DNA of 64,000 nt from positions 3,512 to 67,511 of the forward strand of contig CAMCYG010000002.1 in assembly GCA_945883775.1 (NCBI GenBank). The letters run 5' to 3'. Made by a program: the position numbers and the translations under genes. A model generated the notes under the pieces. That model was not told the origin of the DNA. It did no database searches and saw nothing but the letters and a program-made list of their open reading frames with translations. Shown piece by piece: positions 1 to 7,777 of the stretch; the stretch's first letter is position 1; each line of letters opens with the position of its first letter. This DNA is from Victivallis vadensis. GTDB taxonomy: Bacteria > Verrucomicrobiota > Kiritimatiellia > UBA8416 > CAMCYG01.

Positions 1-752
1 GTGTAATTGCCAGTGGATAGCTCGGTAATACCGTCTGCAACCCAGTAGCTGGGAATCAGCGGATTGGAGGCAATGTTGAGGCCAGGTATAAGCCTGGAAA
101 GACTCAATTGCATGTCATCGCCCATCTGATGTGTCATGTGCGAAGCGAGAAAAGACGATGCAATGATTGCGCTGATGCTTAGAATAATTATTATCCTGAC
201 GAGTCTTATAGAAGGAAAAAATCTGACGGTTATAATAGTAAACAGCGCTCCTATTCCACAGCAGATGATTATAAAAGGGACAGAGAAAACGAATGTCCAG
301 ATGACCATAACAAGTGAAAGCTTCTCGTGGAAAGCATATGCTCCGATGAAGGGGATGATTACAAAATAGAACGCCCACGAAGAAAGCGCGGCTGCCTCAA
401 GAAATTTATAGATGACCAGGTTTCGAATCGACATTGGCCTTGAGAGAAGATCCGTGACCTCGCGTGATCTATACAGTGTTGTGTATGTAGAGACAATGCT
501 GGATACCGCAAGCATAATCCCCATGCCCAGGAAAAAAAGGGAAAAGAGCTTAGTAATGATCAAAAGCCCCACGCCGCCTAAGCGGTCCAGAAAGCTGAAT
601 GCGTCCAGAAATACCATGAACATTCCCGCTGTGAAAGCTGACGCAAAGGCACTAATGAACACTATCTTGAAGCGGGACTGTGTGCTCAAAATACGGAAAA
701 TGTTGCGGGTATTGTGCAGGTACTTCTTCAGAAGCGCCTTAATTATCGTCAT
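1..752 (-). CDS. ABC-2 family transporter permease. The gene is partial and its C-terminal part runs off the window start.
   Basis: Reverse-strand translation from an ATG at 752..750 gives MTIIKALLKKYLHNTRNIFRILS... with several hydrophobic helices and no stop before position 1. The start ATG overlaps the TGA of the upstream ATPase gene (ATGA coupling). The plus-strand ORFs 136-369 and 412-774 are antisense shadows of this gene. Confidence 0.75.
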   Translation of the reverse strand, partial: MTIIKALLKKYLHNTRNIFRILSTQSRFKIVFISAFASAFTAGMFMVFLDAFSFLDRLGGVGLLIITKLFSLFFLGMGIMLAVSSIVSTYTTLYRSREVTDLLSRPMSIRNLVIYKFLEAAALSSWAFYFVIIPFIGAYAFHEKLSLVMVIWTFVFSVPFIIICCGIGALFTIITVRFFPSIRLVRIIIILSISAIIASSFLASHMTHQMGDDMQLSLSRLIPGLNIASNPLIPSYWVADGITELSTGNY

Positions 753-1495
753 CAGCCTCTCCCTTCTATCGTAACATCATCGGCTGTGAGTTTCAGAAAG
801 GCATCTTCAAGGTCTTTTGCATTGTCCGCCATGCCTTTTAGTTGACTGACGTTTCCTAAAGCAATCACCTTGCCATTCAGTATGATGGCAATGCGATCAG
901 CTATATCCTGCGCCAATGCCAGTATATGTGTCGTGAGGAATATAGTTGTTCCAGATCTTGCTTTTTCGCGGAGAAGGTCTTTTATGAGTCGTATGGTGTA
1001 AGGATCTAGTCCTATGAGCGGCTCATCTATGAACAATATCTTTGGTTCATGAAGTAACGTTGCCGCATATATAAGCCGTTGCTTCATTCCGTGCGAAAGA
1101 TCCTTTATGAGATGGTGCCGGATGTCCATCAGGTTGAAAGTCCTGAAAAGTTCTTCATATCTCTGCCAAATAAGATCGTGAGGGATGGCATACAGATCGC
1201 CTATGAACTCAAAGTATTCTGATGTTGTAAGTCGGTCATAAAGGAATGGCATGTCCGGAATGTAGCCCGTGATTTTTTTTGCAGCTATCGGGTCCTTGCT
1301 GATGTCAATGCCGTGCAGTTTGATAGTGCCTGAAGTGGGGCGAAGGAGTGAAGTCATCATCTTTATTGTGGTAGTTTTCCCTGCCCCATTAGGTCCAAGA
1401 AAGCAGAAAAGCTCACCAGTTGGTACCGTAAGGCTTATATTGTCGACTGCCTTGTTCTTTCCGAAATGCTTGGATATGCCTGTTAACTCGATCAT
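752..1495 (-). CDS. ABC transporter ATP-binding protein (ABC-2 exporter type)
   Basis: Walker A motif GPNGAGKTT, an LSHGMKQRL signature, and a Walker B/D-loop FIDEPLIGLDP. It overlaps both neighbouring genes by 4 nt. Confidence 0.9.
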   Translation of the reverse strand: MIELTGISKHFGKNKAVDNISLTVPTGELFCFLGPNGAGKTTTIKMMTSLLRPTSGTIKLHGIDISKDPIAAKKITGYIPDMPFLYDRLTTSEYFEFIGDLYAIPHDLIWQRYEELFRTFNLMDIRHHLIKDLSHGMKQRLIYAATLLHEPKILFIDEPLIGLDPYTIRLIKDLLREKARSGTTIFLTTHILALAQDIADRIAIILNGKVIALGNVSQLKGMADNAKDLEDAFLKLTADDVTIEGRG

Positions 1496-2385
1496 TGTTC
1501 TATTCCTTTCAGAAAGGTTTCGATAAGCGCCTGAATGGACGTTTCATTAATGGTTGTAGACAGACCTTCCCTTTGTGTAGATTGTGCCTGCTTCTGGTTG
1601 CGAATTCTCGTCCAAGCCATGGCTTTTTCCATGGTAGAACGCTCCATTAACAGACCGAAGGGGCTGGTCTGGCGCACAATATCGCCGGACTGGTCAAGCC
1701 ACGAATGGAAAAGAAGGCCAGACGCCTTTGTCGCAATCAATGTGGCATTATAGGAAATACCGTCGTATTCAATATTTTCCTTTCGCAAGGCAGTCATGAC
1801 GATTTTACTTTTTTTCATTGTGAATGGATCGAGCGAGTTCAGCGTAATGCTCTGGCCTGGCTTCAGATTTCTTGTGAGTGTTCCGCCTGATGGGGTGAAC
1901 AAAACAGAGTCAGAAGGGATCGATATCTTGAATTTACGCACTATTCCTGTGGTAATCATAGACACATCAAAGTAACCAGCGTTAGATCTAGCGCCCTTAA
2001 GCGTCACAGGCATGTCTTCGACCCTGACTGTAAAGGTAAATTCATATAGATTGTAATGAGCATCCAGCAGAAACGTCGAATCAGTTGAAACGGTTATGCC
2101 GGCTGGATTTACCTCCAGCCACAGGTACATCTGATTTTCATTTGCGTAATATCGGCAGTTGTCCTTGTCGCTGATATTCCAGACATTGCGGGTGTATCCC
2201 ACCTGAACATCGTTCATTTTTATGGCCATCCATGATTCGCGGAGAAGGAGATTCCTTGGGATCAACGACTTATAACCATCCGCAGTCCCTGAGAAATATT
2301 CGGGATAGGCTTCGTGCCTGATAAGCCATCCTACAAGACAGAGCCATGTTGCAATTAATGCTATCCTGAGGATTACAGCTTTCAC
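1492..2385 (-). CDS. hypothetical membrane-anchored protein encoded just upstream of the ABC ATPase
   Basis: 297-aa ORF with an N-terminal hydrophobic helix (ILRIALIATWLCLVGWLI). I recognise no conserved catalytic motif. Overlaps the ATPase start by 4 nt; the upstream gene ends at 2388, 3 nt away. Confidence 0.6.
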   Translation of the reverse strand: MKAVILRIALIATWLCLVGWLIRHEAYPEYFSGTADGYKSLIPRNLLLRESWMAIKMNDVQVGYTRNVWNISDKDNCRYYANENQMYLWLEVNPAGITVSTDSTFLLDAHYNLYEFTFTVRVEDMPVTLKGARSNAGYFDVSMITTGIVRKFKISIPSDSVLFTPSGGTLTRNLKPGQSITLNSLDPFTMKKSKIVMTALRKENIEYDGISYNATLIATKASGLLFHSWLDQSGDIVRQTSPFGLLMERSTMEKAMAWTRIRNQKQAQSTQREGLSTTINETSIQALIETFLKGIEQ

Positions 2386-2387
2386 GA

Positions 2388-3629
2388 TTAATTTCTAACA
2401 TATGCGGCCAGTGCCGTTTCAATTTCGCCAAGCTCTTTATTGAGTTCTATCAATTCAGGTGACTTCTGATCTTTTGTCGAACTCATCATATTCGCTTCAT
2501 CTGTTTTGTATTGCTTACTAGCAATCTCCAGTGCCCGGACAAGTGCACTTTCTTGTCCTTTTAATGCCTGAAGTTTTTCCGTAAAAGACATTCTCGCTGC
2601 GCCGACAGCCTGGTCTCTCTTTGTCTGAAGCTCCTCGGATTTCTTCATATAGTCAGCAACATCTTTTTCAGCTTTAAGAAACGCATCTTTACTTGGTATA
2701 TTTATGGCAGGCTTAGGTTTCTTGGCATCCTTTGCCGTCTGCATGGAAATCTTGTGTAGTATGCGCGATCTTCGCGAAACAAGGCTCTTAAGATTAAAGT
2801 CACTAGCCGCTAATGATCCTGAGTGAATCTCAAGGTCATTCGTCTCAAAATCAGCGAGATACTTTTGTCCGCCAGGCATTATCACATTACACTCAGTAAG
2901 CGCATTTTCTCCGGAATTGAAAGATTTATTTACTTCAACGAAGGATCCGAGAGGTATTATAATTTGTCCCTCTGTTTTGGGCTTAATAATTGCGAGGCCG
3001 GGCGTTTTTACGATGCCCCAACGACTTACTGCTTTTTCTGCAGTATAGGACGGAGAAACAAGAGCAAGGTCTTCCTGTTCTTCGCGACGACTCTCTTCCT
3101 CTTTAAGAGATAGTCTGGCAAGCATGGGATGGTTCTTATCTTTTTTCGCGAGATCCTCCTTAAACCTGGATAAAAGCGCAACATTCTTCTTGCTGACAAG
3201 GCTGGCGGCAATAAATTCGTACCCAGCGTTATTGAAATCAGGACCATAGCCGTCGTTTATATGCAAACTGTTCACTTTTGCTTCGATGAAAGACGATATG
3301 AAATTACTTTTCCTGTACATTACTGGCAGGCCTGTTGCAATTTTATCCGCAAGATTTTTTGCACTATCGTAGTCATTCATTGATAATGCAGTCTGGATCA
3401 GAAGGCCGTACATCTTTTTGAGTGCGTAGGGGTAATGAGCGGCCCAGGTTTGGTATGTTTCAATAGTTCTTATACCATTGGTAAGGTCACCCTTTGAGAA
3501 ATATATCTCAGCTTCCTTGATCTTACTGATAGTGATATTATATCTTATGAGCGGGCTCAGAAGGAGCGTCAACATTATGCCACTCAACAGGATGCAGACA
3601 CTTACAATCACAGATTTCAAATAATTCAT
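2388..3629 (-). CDS. hypothetical membrane-anchored protein with a C-terminal coiled-coil
   Basis: 413-aa ORF with an N-terminal TM helix (VIVSVCILLSGIMLTLLL) and a charged heptad-like C-terminus (KSEELQTKRDQ...ELNKELGEIETALAAY). It sits between the small membrane protein gene and the 297-aa gene with gaps of 2 nt and 3 nt. Confidence 0.6.
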   Translation of the reverse strand: MNYLKSVIVSVCILLSGIMLTLLLSPLIRYNITISKIKEAEIYFSKGDLTNGIRTIETYQTWAAHYPYALKKMYGLLIQTALSMNDYDSAKNLADKIATGLPVMYRKSNFISSFIEAKVNSLHINDGYGPDFNNAGYEFIAASLVSKKNVALLSRFKEDLAKKDKNHPMLARLSLKEEESRREEQEDLALVSPSYTAEKAVSRWGIVKTPGLAIIKPKTEGQIIIPLGSFVEVNKSFNSGENALTECNVIMPGGQKYLADFETNDLEIHSGSLAASDFNLKSLVSRRSRILHKISMQTAKDAKKPKPAINIPSKDAFLKAEKDVADYMKKSEELQTKRDQAVGAARMSFTEKLQALKGQESALVRALEIASKQYKTDEANMMSSTKDQKSPELIELNKELGEIETALAAYVRN

Positions 3630-3630
3630 A

Positions 3631-3900
3631 TCATTTATCCGGCTTAAACATTGCGATAACCGCAGTCACACCTACTAAAATGCCGAAGCTCATATAGCCT
3701 GCTACATATGAATCGCCGTGCTGCAACATCACAGACCACCCCAATTTATAACAAAACAGATAAGCGACTATAAGCCCCGTTTTTGAAAATTTGAATACAA
3801 GACATAATGTTAGTGTCGCAATCACAATGGTCAGATCCATGGCAGGGATTGTAATCGACGCATTGGACACAATGTCAATGAATTGCTGATATTTACTCAT
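3631..3900 (-). CDS. small integral membrane protein of 89 aa
   Basis: Likely start is MSKYQQFIDIV, with the ATG at 3900..3898 overlapping the TAA of the upstream gene (ATGAGTAA). The protein has two hydrophobic helices. The first 27 codons of the tracked ORF 3631-3981 overlap the upstream CDS and are probably not translated. Confidence 0.55.
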   Translation of the reverse strand: MSKYQQFIDIVSNASITIPAMDLTIVIATLTLCLVFKFSKTGLIVAYLFCYKLGWSVMLQHGDSYVAGYMSFGILVGVTAVIAMFKPDK

Positions 3901-5368
3901 TTGCTGCTCCTTTGTGACCCTTCCTGTATTGTATGAATGGGACTCCGAACTGGGTGGCGATCTTCTTGTCAGCCAATCCAATGCCAGACTTGTCGAGAAC
4001 TATGTCGACGCCGATGCCATCCAAAGAAACGGTGCTGATTGCACCGTCCTTGTCCTTAATTGCAAAAAGATCATCAATGGATCGAATCGGTTGCCCATTT
4101 ACTGCCGTAACTATCTGGTTGTTAATGTTTTGGTAACCTATGTTTATGTCATCGGGTAGAACTGTGAGTATGAATACGACTTTCTGTCCGGGTTGAGGTG
4201 GATTATCATAGGCGGTGTTGAGCAAATAATTGAGTTTGTAGATATTAGAGCTCTCGGCCCTGGAACCCATAGCCTTCAGAAATCTTCCGCTTAATTCCCT
4301 GAATATCAAACCGCCTGTCACGAGATATTCAGAATCTTCGGGGCCATCCTCTTCCGGTATGTAATATTTATTATCATCGAAACGGGAGAGGGGAACTACA
4401 ACCACAACCTCCTTCTTGTCCCTCAGCACTTTAAAGACAGCAGTATCCCCATTTTTCTTGTATCCGTTGATTATGTAGGGAAAGAACAGTCGTCCAAGCA
4501 AAGGATCGTTGTAAAATCCTAAATTGTCGATGTCATAACCGTCTATTGAAAGGATGATGTCATGCAGTAGCAGTTTGCCGTTAGCAGGAGAGAAGGGCGC
4601 AGTCCCAAGCACCATAACGCCTTTGTCGTCAGGCACTCCAAGATATTTCCTAATAGACGGATCAAGAAGAAGCTTGCCCTTCAGTCCAGACGTAGGAATT
4701 CCTTCGTATGGGGCGGTTGCATAATCATCCATAAAACGCTTGAGGCTGGGGAACCCAATGATATCTATTGATTTCTGGCCGGACCCCGAAACAATACCCA
4801 GCAATCTATCACCGATGAAAACTGGACTTCCGATTCCATTAATGCTCAAGTCTGTCTGCACCTTATAGTTAATGACAAATACAGGAATCTGACTTTGCTG
4901 GTTTGCGGACACGAGGATTATGTCGCCATCGCCTGTCTGAAGCTTGGCTGTCTCATCAAACTGCATTATCGACACCTTGTCCTTCAATCCTGCCTTGTCT
5001 GCGAATTCGACCGGCAGTAAATTGGAGATTTTTGAATTGTCCTGAGCTGTTAACAGAGCAAGATTGCAGTCTTTATCAGAAAGCTCGACTTTGGCCGGTA
5101 TTTTTACTGCGGATTGAGCCTTCCTGACCTCTATCATTTTTGCGTTATGGACCAGTGATTCGACGGTCAGTATCCTGCCGCCCTGCAATAGTATTCCGTA
5201 TCCTCTGCGACTGGAGACAGGACCTCTTTGCCATGGAATTATTGGATTAGGGTCCTGAAACGTCACCAAAACTTCTACAATCCCTGTTGATTTGTCTTCA
5301 GGGGATGCGGCTATTACCAACGCCATGCTGACAAAGAAAAGAAGGATAACGGCGGACAGATATCTCAT
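3893..5368 (-). CDS. HtrA/DegP-like S1C serine-protease paralogue that appears catalytically inactive (pseudo-protease); signal peptide present
   Basis: Signal peptide MRYLSAVILLFFVSMALVIAAS. It aligns with the adjacent active protease, but all three catalytic positions are replaced: ILTNAHVV becomes ILTVESLV (His to Ser), HDCDISII becomes KDCNLALL (Asp to Asn), and GNSGGPIF becomes GIGSPVF (Ser to Ile in my alignment). The C-terminal region is similar in length to the partner. Its start overlaps the upstream gene by ATGA. Confidence 0.7.
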   Translation of the reverse strand: MRYLSAVILLFFVSMALVIAASPEDKSTGIVEVLVTFQDPNPIIPWQRGPVSSRRGYGILLQGGRILTVESLVHNAKMIEVRKAQSAVKIPAKVELSDKDCNLALLTAQDNSKISNLLPVEFADKAGLKDKVSIMQFDETAKLQTGDGDIILVSANQQSQIPVFVINYKVQTDLSINGIGSPVFIGDRLLGIVSGSGQKSIDIIGFPSLKRFMDDYATAPYEGIPTSGLKGKLLLDPSIRKYLGVPDDKGVMVLGTAPFSPANGKLLLHDIILSIDGYDIDNLGFYNDPLLGRLFFPYIINGYKKNGDTAVFKVLRDKKEVVVVVPLSRFDDNKYYIPEEDGPEDSEYLVTGGLIFRELSGRFLKAMGSRAESSNIYKLNYLLNTAYDNPPQPGQKVVFILTVLPDDINIGYQNINNQIVTAVNGQPIRSIDDLFAIKDKDGAISTVSLDGIGVDIVLDKSGIGLADKKIATQFGVPFIQYRKGHKGAANE

Positions 5369-6873
5369 TTCTTTTCCTCCAGATTCTCTGTCTTGGTAAT
5401 CGCGTAATTCGCAAAGATATCCTTGTCAGCCTTGTTCATTGCGTCCGCATCCATGATTAGGCATTCTTCGTTATTCATAAACTTTATTTTGTGGTAACCA
5501 CTGATAGGATGAGAGAATGCCTCTTTAGCCTGCTGCAAGTTGCCAATTCTCTTGCCATTGATCTCCTCGACAACGCCGTTGACATATTCTTCGTGATATG
5601 AGTTGACCTCATGCGGGAGCCGTTTAATCATGAGCACGAATTCGTCACGTCCGGCATACAGGCTGTCACGTGCTGTAAAAATGGAAATATAAGAAAGAAT
5701 GACTTTCTTTCTGTCTCCCTGGACGCCTGTACCAAGGCTTTCCAGAATCTCCCTGTTGAGCGGTGCGAAGACCAGTCCGCCTTTTATGAAGAAACGAGGC
5801 TTCTGGTCGTACAAGTTCCTGAAAACAAAAGGATTTGATAATTTCTTAAGCGGCACTTTGAACATTTGCCGTTTCCCGTCTCTGACTACATCCAGGGTGA
5901 CGGATTGTCCTACTTGCTTTCGCTCGAAAAGTTCGGAGAACTGGACAGAATAGCCTTCAAGGTTGATGGTGCCGTCATCGTATATCTTGTAACCGTCAAT
6001 GGACAGCACTACATCTTTATCTTTTATCGCGCCGAAGGCGCTTCCGAATGGATTAACATAGCTTACGACTATACCTGTTTCGCCCTCCGGTATGCCTAGG
6101 CTTCTCTTAAGGGCCTTATTTCTGAGTTCGAGGTATTCGATTCCAAACTCGGGATATTCATTATACTCACCGTCCTCGATATCTCTCATGAAATGCTGTA
6201 TCACCGGTAGCGGTATGCCATATCCTATATTCTCGCCTCTGCTAAAGCCTTGAAAAGCAATCCCGACGACCTTACTGCCCATAAAAATGGGGCCACCGCT
6301 ATTGCCTGGATTTATGGCTGCATCGACCTGCATGACCAGATGCTCGTCAACCATGCTGTGAGAATAAACACTGTAGTCCATGCGTGAGACTACGCCCTTA
6401 GTCAAAGATATTCGATCGCCTCCCATGGGATAGCCGATGACTATCACCTCATCATTAAGCTCAGGCATTTTCTCTGCAAGTTCCAGTTCAGCGAGCCCAT
6501 CGTAAAACTCAGGAGCATCGACTTCAATGATTGAGATATCGCAGTCGTGTCCGACATACTTTCGCTTTGCGGGATAACGTTTAGGGTCTCCGTCGCGTTG
6601 CACTTCAATGAACTTGGCATTCGATACCACATGTGCGTTTGTAAGTATCCGCTTGCCTGATATCAGAAAACCTGTGCCATTGCCCTTTCCAAGATGACCG
6701 CTCTGCCATGGAAGCAAATAGTTCTCGCTCTGCACTGTCACATAAATCTTGATGACAGAGGAACGAATCTTGCCGTAGGAGGTGTCTCTTGTAAAAAACG
6801 CAGCCCCTCCCGTTGACAAAGAAAGCAAAACAAAAAGACACAGCATTAAGGTCAGCTTGGATTGCTTATTCAT
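5365..6873 (-). CDS. periplasmic trypsin-like serine protease of the S1C/HtrA-DegP family with a C-terminal PDZ-like region
   Basis: Signal peptide MNKQSKLTLMLCLFVLLSLSTGGAA. Catalytic triad motifs are present: TNAHVV (His), HDCDISII (Asp) and GNSGGPIF (Ser). About 250 aa of C-terminal region is consistent with PDZ domains. Confidence 0.85.
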   Translation of the reverse strand: MNKQSKLTLMLCLFVLLSLSTGGAAFFTRDTSYGKIRSSVIKIYVTVQSENYLLPWQSGHLGKGNGTGFLISGKRILTNAHVVSNAKFIEVQRDGDPKRYPAKRKYVGHDCDISIIEVDAPEFYDGLAELELAEKMPELNDEVIVIGYPMGGDRISLTKGVVSRMDYSVYSHSMVDEHLVMQVDAAINPGNSGGPIFMGSKVVGIAFQGFSRGENIGYGIPLPVIQHFMRDIEDGEYNEYPEFGIEYLELRNKALKRSLGIPEGETGIVVSYVNPFGSAFGAIKDKDVVLSIDGYKIYDDGTINLEGYSVQFSELFERKQVGQSVTLDVVRDGKRQMFKVPLKKLSNPFVFRNLYDQKPRFFIKGGLVFAPLNREILESLGTGVQGDRKKVILSYISIFTARDSLYAGRDEFVLMIKRLPHEVNSYHEEYVNGVVEEINGKRIGNLQQAKEAFSHPISGYHKIKFMNNEECLIMDADAMNKADKDIFANYAITKTENLEEKK

Positions 6874-6884
6874 CCGAATTATTC

Positions 6885-7406
6885 TTAGATCGGAATGCTC
6901 GCGAATATCCCGTATTCGAGATCGCCCGCTTCAAAGTCAGACAGGTCGCTAAAGGACTCGAATGGATAATATGTCATGAGCGTTGTTTCGATGCTGCCAA
7001 ATTTATGTCCGAAACCGACAAATAGCTGATAGTACATATCCGCCCAATCCGATTCGTCATCATTACTGATATAGGGTTTGAGCACACCCACGCCGCCCCT
7101 CCATATTTTATCCTTAAGTATTAGATTGGCTTGAGGAGTCAATGCATAATCCATGTTTTCCATACCTTCTTTCGAGAAGTCGAAAGCGTAATCGAGAGCA
7201 AACTGCAATGCATAAGCATCGCCGGTGTCATGGACTTCATAAGACAGTGCATATGACATGTCCCCATCACCAAAAGGCAAATCGGTGTATATTGAGCTTT
7301 CGGCATGATATCTTACTCCGACTCCCACCATGTCAATGGCTGAAGTTGCCGCGAATACCTGCATGGTTGATAGCGCAAACAAAGCTATAACTAATGTCTT
7401 TTTCAT
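6885..7406 (-). CDS. secreted protein with a signal peptide, possibly a small 8-strand outer-membrane beta-barrel
   Basis: Signal peptide MKKTLVIALFALSTMQVFAATSA. The mature protein has alternating hydrophobic/aromatic strand-like segments (VGVGVRYH, YALSYEV, YALQFALDYAF, MYYQLFVGFGH). A GGGAGG Shine-Dalgarno lies upstream of the ATG. It is the first gene of the operon. Confidence 0.55.
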   Translation of the reverse strand: MKKTLVIALFALSTMQVFAATSAIDMVGVGVRYHAESSIYTDLPFGDGDMSYALSYEVHDTGDAYALQFALDYAFDFSKEGMENMDYALTPQANLILKDKIWRGGVGVLKPYISNDDESDWADMYYQLFVGFGHKFGSIETTLMTYYPFESFSDLSDFEAGDLEYGIFASIPI

Positions 7407-7567
7407 AGACCTCCCAACTTGTTATGAGATTCAACTACTTAGGCCTATTATTAATAGTATATGCAGGTGTTGTAAAGATGAAACTGAAAACTCACATTAG
7501 ACTTGCCTTGAACGGATGAATCATGGATATTGTGCGCTTTGTTCCAACGATATAACAAGGAGTTACC

Positions 7568-7753
7568 ATGGGTAGAGATAGAGCAAGCGACATGAAGCCG
7601 ATTTCAAGACCTCGAAAATCCGGCACAGACAGAGCACGCAGAATCAAGGTCCATCGCAAAAGACTCACAGATGCAGGTTTAAATGCAGAGGTCGTGAGAA
7701 GGATGGATCATAAGCAGTTGAGAGCCAAGCTTGCAGAGCTGCGCAAAGCTTGA
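7568..7753 (+). CDS. small basic protein of 61 aa with unknown function
   Basis: A strong AAGGAG Shine-Dalgarno lies 7 nt upstream of the ATG. The protein is Arg/Lys-rich (RPRKSGTDRARRIKVHRKRL). It is transcribed divergently from the protease operon and sits immediately upstream of pabBC. Confidence 0.5.
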   Translation: MGRDRASDMKPISRPRKSGTDRARRIKVHRKRLTDAGLNAEVVRRMDHKQLRAKLAELRKA

Positions 7754-7777
7754 TCCAGTTTCCGGGTTCTCACCGAA

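Noticed and set aside
136-774. Plus-strand ORFs 136-369 and 412-774 and minus ORF 115-378
   Set aside because: They are antisense or out of frame relative to the ABC-2 permease, which reads continuously on the minus strand from 752 to the window edge.
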